The notes under the pieces: generated by a model
Databases searched by the model: none
Seen by the model: the letters and a program-made list of their open reading frames with translations, nothing else
What the model was told of the DNA's origin: nothing
In this document: positions 1 through 9,574 of the stretch, in pieces
Numbering within the stretch: the stretch's first letter is position 1
Layout: every line of letters begins with the position of its first letter
From: Candidatus Kaiserbacteria bacterium RIFCSPLOWO2_01_FULL_50_24
GTDB lineage: Bacteria > Patescibacteriota > Minisyncoccia > Phycocordibacterales > UBA2100
Length of the DNA: 64,000 nucleotides
NCBI GenBank assembly: GCA_001783335.1
Contig: MFLU01000016.1
Coordinates: 688 to 64,687, forward strand
Reading direction: 5' to 3'
Position numbers and translations under genes: made by a program

Positions 1-1831
1 GCGAGAGACCTTCTGCAACATCTCCGCGCGCAAACGCATTTATACCGAGCTTGAGTAAAATAGTTTGTTTCGTCGGCGAGATGCTCCTCGCACGTTCAAG
101 ATACGACTTCGCCTCGTTGTGCGCGCCATATGAATCAAGAAGCGCGCCTGCAAAAAATGCAGGACGCGCGGAAAACGGCATTGCTTCCATCTGCAATTCC
201 ATCTCGCGCACCGCCTCGGCAATAAACTGCTTTTTAAAATCGGACGGCACTTGTGAAATTCCAAAAATTTGTGACGCAATTTGCACAAACTGTTCGCGCA
301 CTTCCTGCGTACCGAATGAGCCAATATCCGACGCCTGCTTAAGGAGCTCGAGATTCGCATCAAGATTCTCCTGCTGCGAAATTGCTTTCAGCAATGCTCT
401 GTTCTGCGCGAGCCCCTTTGCGTTCACTCCCCACGCTACCGCCCACACCAGAAGCACGGCTATGACTGCGATTATTGCCGAGAGTGGCATGCGTGACACT
501 CTAGAGGCGCCGCCTCTAACGGGGCGCGCCCCAGCACTTCTGTGTGCTATGTATGCAAGAACCGTAACGAAAAGAATGTAGCTAGTGATGTTGTCAAAGA
601 CGAAAAGATTTTGAAAGAAATATCCCGCGAGAAGTCCGGTTAAGATACTCCGTTCAATAATAGGAAACACAGGCCCTCCGCTCTCCGTTCGCGCACGCCA
701 CAGTGAAAGAAGCGCGACCACGAAAAGCGCAAGATAAAGCGCGAGCCCCACGATGCCGCCCACTATGAGCCAGTCGAAAATCGTGTTGTGTACGCGATCA
801 AACCATTGCTCCTGCGCATACATGTTTGGGTTGTAGTACTTGTCAAACACCGCCGCATAATTTTCCTGCCCCCAGCCGAAAATCGGGCGCTCTTTAAATC
901 CCTCCCATGCCATGCTCCAGTTCATGAAGCGCGCTTTTGTGGTGCTGTCTTCCAGAGAGATCGTTGCCAGGCGGTCTAGGAATCCAATACTGCGAAGCCA
1001 TGACGCGTCGCGTGCGAGGAAAAATACGCCGCCTAAAACGACGATCGCCATCACCACACCCGTGGCCGCACGCCATGCGTTGCGCGAATTGCGTGCAAGA
1101 AGAACAAGTAGAACCGAGGCAAGGAGCGCGCCACCAACTAGCCCGAGAATGGCGCCACGCGTTCCGGTGAAAAGAAGGACGAACGTATCCAGTGCGATAA
1201 CAGAGCCATACATGAGCGAGAGCGCGAGGCGTCCCTTATTCACTTCCATCCACGATTGCCCCCATAGAAGCGCTGCGATGAAAATATGGAAAAGCATGTA
1301 GCCCGCGAGGTACGTGGCATTTCCGAGCGTCGCGTCAAGACGCGCCGCAAGCCCACCGCCGCCGCCCCACCCAAGCGCAACGTATCCGAACAATTGGAGC
1401 AATCCGTAGAGCGCGACGAACGCGGAGACGCCGAGTGACATCTGGAACAATCGCCGCCACAAGGCCGGCGTCATCACCGATACCACAACAGTGAAATACG
1501 CAAAAAGGTGCGCGAGCGTTACCCACCCCTCCATTCGCTCGAAGTTTGACCAGAAACTTTTAAACGGATATACGCCGAACGCGTCGGAAAGCGCGATGGC
1601 CGCTACAAACGCGGCGAACACCGCCAAGAGCGCGGAGACGCGAGGTCGATACGACGCATTCATGCACGCGAGCGCGATCCACGCGCCCACCGTTATCTCA
1701 ACGACGACCCTAAACGTAAAGTTCTTGCCGGTTATGTAGGGGAAGAAAAGCGAGGTGGAAACGATTAATACTATGAACGGAAGAATAAAAATGCCCGCCA
1801 CGACGATGAAGCGAAGCGTCTTTTCCAGCAT
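1..1831 (-). CDS. O-antigen ligase (Wzy_C/WaaL-like) family membrane protein, 3' end runs off the window
   Basis: Manual minus-strand translation from ATG 1831: MLEKTLRFIVVAGIFILPFIVLIVSTSLFFPYITGKNF..., LDATLGNATYLAGY and DRVHNTIFDWLIVGGIVGLALYL, typical of ligase-family proteins; absent from the ORF track because it is truncated. Confidence 0.8.
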   Translation of the reverse strand, partial: MLEKTLRFIVVAGIFILPFIVLIVSTSLFFPYITGKNFTFRVVVEITVGAWIALACMNASYRPRVSALLAVFAAFVAAIALSDAFGVYPFKSFWSNFERMEGWVTLAHLFAYFTVVVSVMTPALWRRLFQMSLGVSAFVALYGLLQLFGYVALGWGGGGGLAARLDATLGNATYLAGYMLFHIFIAALLWGQSWMEVNKGRLALSLMYGSVIALDTFVLLFTGTRGAILGLVGGALLASVLLVLLARNSRNAWRAATGVVMAIVVLGGVFFLARDASWLRSIGFLDRLATISLEDSTTKARFMNWSMAWEGFKERPIFGWGQENYAAVFDKYYNPNMYAQEQWFDRVHNTIFDWLIVGGIVGLALYLALFVVALLSLWRARTESGGPVFPIIERSILTGLLAGYFFQNLFVFDNITSYILFVTVLAYIAHRSAGARPVRGGASRVSRMPLSAIIAVIAVLLVWAVAWGVNAKGLAQNRALLKAISQQENLDANLELLKQASDIGSFGTQEVREQFVQIASQIFGISQVPSDFKKQFIAEAVREMELQMEAMPFSARPAFFAGALLDSYGAHNEAKSYLERARSISPTKQTILLKLGINAFARGDVAEGLS

Positions 1832-1938
1832 TGTGCTTTGTGAATACACGCTCGCCATTCTATCATGCCGGCCACTCTCGGCGCCACGTCCTTGTCCCGC
1901 AACGCCACATGATCCGGTCACACAACGCCCAGCCAACG

Positions 1939-1970
1939 ACATACCAACATTCTCAAGTATGTTGGTATGT
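1939..1970. repeat. Palindrome A, copy 1 (ACATACCAACAT-TCTCAAGT-ATGTTGGTATGT)
   Basis: Perfect 12-bp arms; abuts the stop codon of ArsR-like gene 1. Confidence 0.95.
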
Positions 1971-1971
1971 T

Positions 1972-2256
1972 CTAGCTACGGCGGAAAGACTGCAGAAATC
2001 GGATAAACATCTTTCCGTACGGCGAGAGCATATGCTCAACAAACCTGCCCCGATACCTCTTGTCGAGCAGTCCGGCAGTATGCAGCCGGCGTGTGTGCTC
2101 CCCGACAGTCTTTTCGTTGACGTCAAGCTCTTCCACAATATCCTCGAGGGTCATGCCTTCTCTGCGCGCCACCGCGAAAAGAATGGAGATGCGGTGATGG
2201 TTGGCCACGCCTTTGATATGCCGCTCCATTTGCTTGGCAGATTTCAAACTTTTCAT
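1972..2256 (-). CDS. ArsR/SmtB-like winged-HTH protein, paralog 1
   Basis: MKSLKSAKQMERHIKGVANHHRISIL...TVGEHTRRLHTAGLL; start moved to ATG 2256, which has TATACT 8 nt upstream. Confidence 0.8.
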   Translation of the reverse strand: MKSLKSAKQMERHIKGVANHHRISILFAVARREGMTLEDIVEELDVNEKTVGEHTRRLHTAGLLDKRYRGRFVEHMLSPYGKMFIRFLQSFRRS

Positions 2257-2272
2257 ATCCACGCAGTATACC

Positions 2273-2304
2273 ACATACCAACATTCTCAAGTATGTTGGT
2301 GTAT
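2273..2304. promoter_or_regulatory. Palindrome A, copy 2; putative operator over the paralog 1 promoter
   Basis: ACATACCAACATTCTCAAGTATGTTGGTGTAT next to the TATACT hexamer (2265-2270, minus strand). Confidence 0.75.
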
Positions 2305-2394
2305 GTATATGATTCAAGAGTGGGGGTCTAAAACGTTATGCTCGGAATTTGGTTCATTGAGAATTACCATAGGAGCACCGTGGAACATCTTCCA

Positions 2395-2432
2395 TAAAAA
2401 AACAGGGGGGCGGATTGCTCCGCCCCCAAAAA
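2395..2432 (-). terminator. Intrinsic terminator
   Basis: Minus strand GGGGGCGGA-GCAA-TCCGCCCCC followed by CTGTTTTTTT, just after the stop at 2449. Confidence 0.75.
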
Positions 2433-2448
2433 TTGTCGTGGGGTGAAT

Positions 2449-3606
2449 TCATTCGCCCACGATTTTTTCAATAAACTCCAGTACCCGCTCGCCTGCGTGC
2501 CCATCGCAGAGCACTTGGAATCGCGGTTGCCTAAGCACCTTTTCCTGACGCCTGCGCCACTCTGGCGTCAGCGCGAGAGAGAGATCTTTCACTTTTTTCG
2601 GTTCATAGATACCGAGCGCGGGTGCCATGGCCGGTCCATCATCCAGAATTGAGAAGTGTGGATGTTGGCTCCCCTTCGCTCGATGCAAATACTCTTGCGA
2701 GGTCTTAAGCATGAGAAATGCCGTGGGAATTCCCACAAGACACGCCCTCACGCCCTCGGTAGAGTAATCCGTAACAAACACATCGGCCGCGACCGCAAGC
2801 TCCAGTCCCTTGTACTCCTTCGTGTCCACCATCTGCGGGCCGAGCTCATCGGACAAACGCTTGCGTAGCCGCGCAATATATTCCGGCTTATTCTTCTCAT
2901 CTGCCGGGTGGAACCGCGCCGCAAATCGCGCGCGGCCTTTTACCCACGAAATCAGATTGTTCAGAGATTCTCTCTCTAGAGAAAACTGTTCCATGCTGGA
3001 AGCGGAATAGCACACAAACTGTTCGCTCTCTTTGAGCGAGAGCGCTTCGCGCGTGCGATACCGCGCCGTCGCGACATCAAATGACGCAATCGCGTCAAAC
3101 GACGGGTTGCCGACAATGCGTATACGATCTTCATATATACCCAAATGCTCCGTCATAAATCGGGCCGCAGTATCGGTATCAAACGCAGCGAAGTAATTCG
3201 GATTACACCCCAGCATCTGTGCTTCGCAGCCGCTTGAATAGAAATAGCCAAACCACGCAAAAGGAACGTCATGATTTATGGCGGCTTGCGATGCGTTTTC
3301 CCAAAGTTCAAAAGTTTTTCCGGCCGTGCCGCAGAGTACCGAGTATACGCCATCGAGCGCGCCCGTTTCAAACAGATCTTTTCCGTCAGTTACGCGGTGA
3401 GAGACGCCGACTTTTTCAATCTCGTTCTTTGCCGCGCCTTTTGGGTCCGCTAGAAGCTCAACTTCATAACGCCGTGTCAACTCCGGCATAATCGGCGCAA
3501 AGTATTGCCACGCGCCCATGTCGCCAACCACAAGAACCACTTTCGGTTTTATCAATGCGACCTCCTTGGTTTTTGTCTCAACCCCGCGTCTGGACTTGAT
3601 TTTCAT
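2449..3606 (-). CDS. GT-B fold protein (CDP-glycerol glycerophosphotransferase/sialyltransferase-like)
   Basis: IVGNPSFD, RFHPAD and ADVFVTDYSTEG motifs plus C-terminal DGHAGERV. Confidence 0.55.
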   Translation of the reverse strand: MKIKSRRGVETKTKEVALIKPKVVLVVGDMGAWQYFAPIMPELTRRYEVELLADPKGAAKNEIEKVGVSHRVTDGKDLFETGALDGVYSVLCGTAGKTFELWENASQAAINHDVPFAWFGYFYSSGCEAQMLGCNPNYFAAFDTDTAARFMTEHLGIYEDRIRIVGNPSFDAIASFDVATARYRTREALSLKESEQFVCYSASSMEQFSLERESLNNLISWVKGRARFAARFHPADEKNKPEYIARLRKRLSDELGPQMVDTKEYKGLELAVAADVFVTDYSTEGVRACLVGIPTAFLMLKTSQEYLHRAKGSQHPHFSILDDGPAMAPALGIYEPKKVKDLSLALTPEWRRRQEKVLRQPRFQVLCDGHAGERVLEFIEKIVGE

Positions 3607-3860
3607 ATCACATATTACTCCGTGCAGAAATATAACGCACTCCTTACAAAATGCAAGCCAAACACTATGCCAAAACACTATGCCATAAGCATCTATTCTA
3701 GTATTTTACCCTCCCATGTCACATCCTTAGCCAAAGGCTACAGAGGGCAAAGCAAGGCTTCCGCCGACGTCAAGGCTTTGGCGGACAGGTCGGATGGGCA
3801 GGCAAAATATACTAGAATGAATTACTCAACTGCCCAACCACCCAGCATCACTCAACGTAC

Positions 3861-3894
3861 AACATACCAACATTCTCAAGTATGTTGGTATGTT
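3861..3894. repeat. Palindrome A, copy 3 (13-8-13)
   Basis: AACATACCAACAT-TCTCAAGT-ATGTTGGTATGTT; 37 bp identical to copy 1 including the following TCTAG. Confidence 0.95.
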
Positions 3895-3916
3895 CTAGTT
3901 GCTACTAAACGCGCAG

Positions 3917-4972
3917 CTATACCCGTGCCAGTGCGGCGGCGCACATTTCTTTCAGGATCATGTCTATGTCGTAGGTGATATCCCACTTCGGATAGTGCTT
4001 CTTAAATTTTGAAAGGTCGGAAATGTACCAGATGTGATCGCCGACGCGGTTTTCTTTTTTGTAGGTAACCTTCGCTTTTTTGCCCGTGAGTTTTTCAATT
4101 TTTGCGATCGCTTCGCGCATGGAAACATTCGACTGCCGCCCGCCGCCGGCGTTATACACTTCCCCCTTGCGCGGCTTACGATGGAAGTGCCAAAACATGT
4201 TCACCAGATCGTATGCATGAATATTGTCGCGCACCTGTTTGCCTTTGTAGCCGAAAATCGTGTAGGGCTTTTCTTCCACAATGCATTTTACCAAGTAGCC
4301 GAGGAAGCCGTGAAGCTCCGCCGCAGAGTGCGCCGGCCCCGTGAGGCACCCTCCGCGAAAGACGCCCGTGTTTAATCCGAAGTAGCGACCATATTCCTGC
4401 ACCATCACATCCGCCGCAACCTTTGACGCGCCAAAAACGCTGTGTGTCGTGTGATCCAAACTCATGTGCTCATCAATACCTTTAAAATACGGATGCGATT
4501 TTTTTATTTCATAGCGCGTCTTGCCCTCCACAAGCGGAAGAAGGTTTGGGGTGTCTCCATACACTTTGTTTGTAGAAGTAAAAATAAATGTCGCCTTCGG
4601 TGCATGCTTGCGCGTCGCTTCCAGCATTACAAGCGTGCCCACGGCATTCACCGTGAAATCCGTCATCGGCTCTTTCGCCGCCCAGTCGTGCGAGGGCTGT
4701 GCGGCAGTGTGAATGACGATATTGAATGTGTATTTTTTGAAAATCCGCTCCACAGCGTTCTCGTCGCGTATATCTATAGAATGGTGCGCATATTTTTTCC
4801 CGAGCTCTTTCTTCAATTTGTTCTTGTTCCATGCGGTACTCGCGCCTTTCCCGAAAAAATAACTCCGCATGTCGTTGTCTACCCCTACGATGCGGTAGCC
4901 CTTTTGCGCAAAAAACTTTGCCGCCTCGGAGCCGATAAGCCCCGCCGAGCCGGTGATAAGTGCGGTTTTCAT
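3917..4972 (-). CDS. NAD-dependent epimerase, CDP-paratose/tyvelose 2-epimerase (RfbE)-like
   Basis: [46 protein letters not shown]. Confidence 0.75.
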   Translation of the reverse strand: MKTALITGSAGLIGSEAAKFFAQKGYRIVGVDNDMRSYFFGKGASTAWNKNKLKKELGKKYAHHSIDIRDENAVERIFKKYTFNIVIHTAAQPSHDWAAKEPMTDFTVNAVGTLVMLEATRKHAPKATFIFTSTNKVYGDTPNLLPLVEGKTRYEIKKSHPYFKGIDEHMSLDHTTHSVFGASKVAADVMVQEYGRYFGLNTGVFRGGCLTGPAHSAAELHGFLGYLVKCIVEEKPYTIFGYKGKQVRDNIHAYDLVNMFWHFHRKPRKGEVYNAGGGRQSNVSMREAIAKIEKLTGKKAKVTYKKENRVGDHIWYISDLSKFKKHYPKWDITYDIDMILKEMCAAALARV

Positions 4973-5021
4973 ACGTAAAAGCATCCTAGCGTATGCGCGC
5001 TTAAGACGCTAGTATTGGGCT

Positions 5022-6281
5022 ATGTTTGAGCCGATAAGGCAAAAAGTGTACCGGCTTTTGCGCTGGAGTGAAAAATATACCAAGGCCGACATGGTCTACT
5101 TGGTTCACGGTAATTTTTGGTTAATTACGGGACGAGCCATTGCAGTTGGGAGTGGAGTTCTGCTCACTGTAGCATTTGCTAATCTTTTGTCCCCCACAGA
5201 TTTTGGTACGTATAAATACATACTTGCCATAGCGGGGTTTGTCGGCGCTTTTTCGCTAGGCGGCCTTAATGGCGCAGTTACACGCGCCATTGCACAGGGA
5301 CATTGGCATGTTGTGCGGGGTGTATTCCGAACGGGCTTCATGTGGTGTATCCCCGCCAGCGTATGTGCCGCCGCGGGCTCCATCTACTACTTCTACATGG
5401 GCAACACTACTCTCGGCACAGGACTATTGCTCATCGCTGTTACAAATCCGTTTTTGCATAATTTTGTGTTTTACAAGAGCGTTTTGTTGGGCGCCAAAGA
5501 TTTTCGCGGATTAACATTCTATGGCCTCCCGCGCGGCATAATTCCAATAGTCGCTATTGTAATTGCGCTTTTACTTACTGAAAATGTGTTGGTAATAATT
5601 GCCACATATTTCCTTTCTAATCTTATAGTCGGATGGATTGTGTATGAACTCGTACTTAAAAAATTCAACATCCGTGACGGACAAGACCATAAGGACGAAA
5701 CGATATCCTATGGAAAACATCTGAGCGTAATGGGTATTACATCACAAATGGTTGGAAATATTGATCAGCTGCTCTTGTGGCATTTGGCGGGACCGGTGCA
5801 GTTGGCTATATATTCTTTTGCGCTTGCTCCAATACGCGAAATTAGAAATTTCTCTGAAAATATTTTTCCTCTTATCTTTCCAAAATATGCGACAAAAACG
5901 GTTGAAGAAATGAAGCAGACAGTGCCGCTTCGCATAAAACAACTTTTAATCGTATCCATTATAATTGCGGCGGCATACATTTTTTTGGCGCCTCTCATGT
6001 ACAAATTTATTTTTCCACAATATATTGATGCTATTTTTGCCAGTCAGCTTTTAGCCGCCGCGCTTATTCTTCAGCCGCGCAATATTGTGGAAACCATGCT
6101 TTTTGCGCAGGGAAATGTCAAACTTCGCTATGTAACCGTATTCGTTACCCAAGGTGCAAAAGTGATTTTGTGGGTAATTTTAATTCCTTTATATGGATTT
6201 ATGGGGGCGGTGATAGGAACAGTTGTTACTGACATTGTTTCCTCGCTTGCCCTGTGGTGGGCGTATAAGAAACTTGTTTAA
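5022..6281 (+). CDS. Wzx-type oligosaccharide flippase
   Basis: 419 aa with about 12 hydrophobic segments; LLSPTDFGTYKY and LIPLYGFMGAVIG motifs. Confidence 0.8.
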   Translation: MFEPIRQKVYRLLRWSEKYTKADMVYLVHGNFWLITGRAIAVGSGVLLTVAFANLLSPTDFGTYKYILAIAGFVGAFSLGGLNGAVTRAIAQGHWHVVRGVFRTGFMWCIPASVCAAAGSIYYFYMGNTTLGTGLLLIAVTNPFLHNFVFYKSVLLGAKDFRGLTFYGLPRGIIPIVAIVIALLLTENVLVIIATYFLSNLIVGWIVYELVLKKFNIRDGQDHKDETISYGKHLSVMGITSQMVGNIDQLLLWHLAGPVQLAIYSFALAPIREIRNFSENIFPLIFPKYATKTVEEMKQTVPLRIKQLLIVSIIIAAAYIFLAPLMYKFIFPQYIDAIFASQLLAAALILQPRNIVETMLFAQGNVKLRYVTVFVTQGAKVILWVILIPLYGFMGAVIGTVVTDIVSSLALWWAYKKLV

Positions 6282-6341
6282 CTACTCGCTGTATTCCTGG
6301 TGCGGTGGTGTTTTTAGACAAAGTGTTTTTCCGGACATGCT

Positions 6342-6731
6342 CTAGAGAGAGATTTTATCCGCGACGTACGGGCCGGTCTTAAACTCGTATGCAATCGTGT
6401 TTTTTGTGAAAGTCACCTCGTGACCGCCGTCTGCGAGGAATAGGCATTGCCCCGCCTTCACGGTGTACGTACCGATTCGTTTTTTCTTACGGTCGCATAT
6501 CACCACGCGAACCTCGCCGCGCACTAAGACCAGCGCCTCTTGTGGCTGCCGTGTTATCCGCGGCAACCGTTTGTGCATATGTTTTGGAACCACATGCCCC
6601 TTCGGCCGCTTCATCAAAAGAAGCTGCAACGGCCACCTAGGGTCGGTTGCCGGATGCGCGCCGCTCACCGCATCCGCAAGGTCTATAATAAGGCCGTATG
6701 TCTTCTTCCCCACTTTTATCTCTTTGATCAT
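6342..6731 (-). CDS. Cupin-fold protein (WbuC-like)
   Basis: HVVPKHMH...QEALVLVRG...GGHEV...EFKTGPY. Confidence 0.65.
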   Translation of the reverse strand: MIKEIKVGKKTYGLIIDLADAVSGAHPATDPRWPLQLLLMKRPKGHVVPKHMHKRLPRITRQPQEALVLVRGEVRVVICDRKKKRIGTYTVKAGQCLFLADGGHEVTFTKNTIAYEFKTGPYVADKISL

Positions 6732-7705
6732 ACGTGCTCAAGATCATACTTTACCATTTCGCGTACGATGTCCTTAAATTTCATCTTCGGTTTCCAGCCG
6801 GTCGCCCGTCGCATCTTAGTTGCATCGCCCAAGAGGAGCGGGACATCATTCGGACGCTTGAGGTCTTCTTGTATCTTCACGAACTTCTTCCAGTCGAGAC
6901 CGACATGACCGAACGCCTCTTCCACAAACTCCCTGATTGAATGCGTCTCACCGGTCGCGACGACGAACACATCGGGCTTATCGAGCCGCATGATCGTATG
7001 GATGGCCTCCACAAACTCCGGCGCCCAACCCCAATCGCGTTTCGCGTCCAGATTGCCGAGCATGAGAAAATTCTGTTTGCCTTTCTTTATACGCGCAACG
7101 GCTTGTGTTACTTTCTTTGTAACGAAGTTTTCTCCACGTCGCGGGCTTTCGTGGTTAAAAAGGATTCCGGTCGTCGCAAAGAGACCGTATCCATGCCGGT
7201 ACTGCTGTGTGAGATGATACGCAGCGAGCTTTGATACGCCATAGGGATTCTGCGGAATCATCGGGGTCTTTTCGTTAAACGGAACCGGAACGCCGGGCTC
7301 ACCAAACATTTCAGAGCTTGATGCTTGGTAAAATCTCGTTTTCGGGGAGAAACGACGAATGGCATCGAGAATAGTGAGCACACCGAGGGTGTTTGTCGTT
7401 ATGGTGTCGCGCGGTATTTCAAACGAGATACGCACTTGCGACATGGCTCCAAAGTTATAAAACTCGTCTGGCTTGACATCAACAGTGAGGGCAATCAGCG
7501 ATGCGTGATCGTCCAGATCGCCATATTTCTTGTGAAAATGAGGATGTTCCAGAAGGTGGTCGATACGTCTTGAGTTCCATGTAGAGACGCGGCGCATGAG
7601 TCCATACACTTCATATTCCTTGGACAAAAGTAGCTCGGCCATGTACGAACCGTCCTGCCCAGTAACGCCAGTAATGATGGCTGTTTTCCTCCTTTTTTTA
7701 GCCAT
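6728..7705 (-). CDS. gmd: GDP-mannose 4,6-dehydratase
   Basis: ITGVTGQDGSY, FYQASSSEMFG, GILFNHESPRRGENFVTKK, GNLDAKRDWG. Confidence 0.93.
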   Translation of the reverse strand: MAKKRRKTAIITGVTGQDGSYMAELLLSKEYEVYGLMRRVSTWNSRRIDHLLEHPHFHKKYGDLDDHASLIALTVDVKPDEFYNFGAMSQVRISFEIPRDTITTNTLGVLTILDAIRRFSPKTRFYQASSSEMFGEPGVPVPFNEKTPMIPQNPYGVSKLAAYHLTQQYRHGYGLFATTGILFNHESPRRGENFVTKKVTQAVARIKKGKQNFLMLGNLDAKRDWGWAPEFVEAIHTIMRLDKPDVFVVATGETHSIREFVEEAFGHVGLDWKKFVKIQEDLKRPNDVPLLLGDATKMRRATGWKPKMKFKDIVREMVKYDLEHV

Positions 7706-7769
7706 ACTTTATTTATTGACAGAGAATAGCACAAAACCGAAAAAGGTACACTATGCGACGGTCACACAA

Positions 7770-8768
7770 TTACGGTTTCGGATTCTTCAGATACCAATCA
7801 ATTGTTTTTTTCAAACCCTTCGCCAAAGATGTCTTCGCACTCCAGCCAGTATCTTTTTTTATTTTTGACACGTCTGCCAGCCGGCGCTTCACACTTCCCT
7901 TTGGAGATTTTTTTATGTCCAATTTTTTTGGACGCCATTTCATCAAATCAAAAATATTCTCGACGAGATATTTAATAACTGTTTCTTCCTTCGTGCCGAT
8001 ATGATAAGTACCGCCATCGGTTTTCTTTGATTCCATTACCATTTGCAGGGCCTCAACCGCATCGTCAATGTAGCAGAACGAGCGCGTATCCTCTGCGCCA
8101 AATATTGGAAATGGCTCAACTTTGTTTATAACCCGCACGATAGTCTCTGGTACCACGTGTTCGTACCCCTCCCGTGGACCATAAAAATTATGTGGACGTA
8201 CTATAGACATCCGAAAGTCGTACGCCTTCGCGTAGTGGATAAAGAACAGCTCCCCTATCAGTTTTTGCCCGCCGTAAGACCAGCGAGGATTATATGTGTC
8301 AGCGATTACGAGCGGCACGTTCTCCGGCGTCGGGAGCGGCAACTTTCCAAATGCTTCAAGCGCGCTACTGTATGCTTCATTAGAAGACGTGTAGAGAATC
8401 TTCGCACCTTTTTTCTTGTTCTCGATACGAAACCAATCAAGCGCGTTCACGGTGGTTGACACGCCGATGCGCAACACTTCGTGCGGGATTTCATAAAAAA
8501 GTCGCGTGCCGTTTACGCCGACTAAATGGTACACATGATCGTACCCTCCTCCCAATTTTTTCCACGACTTCGGCTCCGTAAGATCGGCCTCAATGAATGT
8601 GATGTTCGTCAGCGCTATGAGCGCTGTAAAATCGGCATCCCGTTTTCCGCGGAAAAAGTTATCAACGAGCGTAATATTGTACCCTTTCTGTCTCGCGAGC
8701 CGTTTCGCGAGATGGTAGCCGATAAATCCAGCGCCACCAGTGATGAGCACTTTGGTCATCTTGGTCAT
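7770..8768 (-). CDS. NAD-dependent epimerase/dehydratase (UDP-glucuronate decarboxylase-like)
   Basis: ITGGAGFIG, PRWSYGGQK, RPHNFYGP, TRSFCYIDD. Confidence 0.8.
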   Translation of the reverse strand: MTKMTKVLITGGAGFIGYHLAKRLARQKGYNITLVDNFFRGKRDADFTALIALTNITFIEADLTEPKSWKKLGGGYDHVYHLVGVNGTRLFYEIPHEVLRIGVSTTVNALDWFRIENKKKGAKILYTSSNEAYSSALEAFGKLPLPTPENVPLVIADTYNPRWSYGGQKLIGELFFIHYAKAYDFRMSIVRPHNFYGPREGYEHVVPETIVRVINKVEPFPIFGAEDTRSFCYIDDAVEALQMVMESKKTDGGTYHIGTKEETVIKYLVENIFDLMKWRPKKLDIKKSPKGSVKRRLADVSKIKKDTGWSAKTSLAKGLKKTIDWYLKNPKP

Positions 8769-9559
8769 TATAGTACTGTCGGCTTATAGCGCTTATTTAT
8801 CTCCACGATGCCTTCAAACAGGGACAGGCCGAAATTGTCTCCCAACACTTTGCGCGCGTAGTTCGCAAACGCCGACGTGTCTTTGGGTAGACACGAACCG
8901 CCGAAACCGCGATAATTCTCATTGCAGTCAAGATATATATCCTGCACGCTCCTGTGTTTTGTTATGGCGTTCTTCACATTCTTGTAATCCGCACCGGCGG
9001 CTTTGCACACATCATAGAACTGATTGGCGTAGACGATACGCAGTGCATTAAATGTGTTCATGAAATATTTTGACAGCTCGGCCTCGAGAGGAGAAACAAC
9101 CGCGAATTGCTTCGGCAACGGATCGTGCACCGCGCGCAGCAATTCCGCATCTTCCGGTGTGTATGATCCAATGATGCATACGTCGTGGTTCTCCACGAAA
9201 TCCACATACATGGCGCGTTCGCGGAGAAATTCCGGACAGAACGCAAATCGGAGATGTAGATATTTCTTACTCAGGCGATCGGTCGTGCCGGGCTCAATTG
9301 TTGATTTGATGGTGACCAATCCGCGGTAACGAGCATGTGCAAGGTCATCCACCACTTTTTCAACTATAGAAACGTCGCACGAGCCGTCCGGCGAGGGTGG
9401 TGTGGGCACGGAAATAAATACCACCTCGCAATCAAGCACGTCCTCAAGCGATGTTTCCGTCAGGTTGATATCAAACGGCACGATATCGTGCCCGATACGC
9501 GTGAGGCCGTGGCGCACCGCCTTGCCGACAAAACCAACGCCGATAATCCCCACTCTCAT
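8768..9559 (-). CDS. UDP-glucose/GDP-mannose dehydrogenase family protein (short form)
   Basis: GIIGVGFVG, KSTIEPGTT, PEFLRE, GFGGSCLPKD. Confidence 0.85.
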   Translation of the reverse strand: MRVGIIGVGFVGKAVRHGLTRIGHDIVPFDINLTETSLEDVLDCEVVFISVPTPPSPDGSCDVSIVEKVVDDLAHARYRGLVTIKSTIEPGTTDRLSKKYLHLRFAFCPEFLRERAMYVDFVENHDVCIIGSYTPEDAELLRAVHDPLPKQFAVVSPLEAELSKYFMNTFNALRIVYANQFYDVCKAAGADYKNVKNAITKHRSVQDIYLDCNENYRGFGGSCLPKDTSAFANYARKVLGDNFGLSLFEGIVEINKRYKPTVL

Positions 9560-9574
9560 AGTATGGGCACCATA

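Noticed and set aside
40-2006. Short ORFs in the first 2 kb of the ORF track
   Set aside because: Shadows of the truncated minus-strand ligase gene
1939-3898. CRISPR array from three ~32-37 bp palindromic repeats
   Set aside because: Spacings of about 330 and 1590 nt contain whole genes, and no cas genes are present
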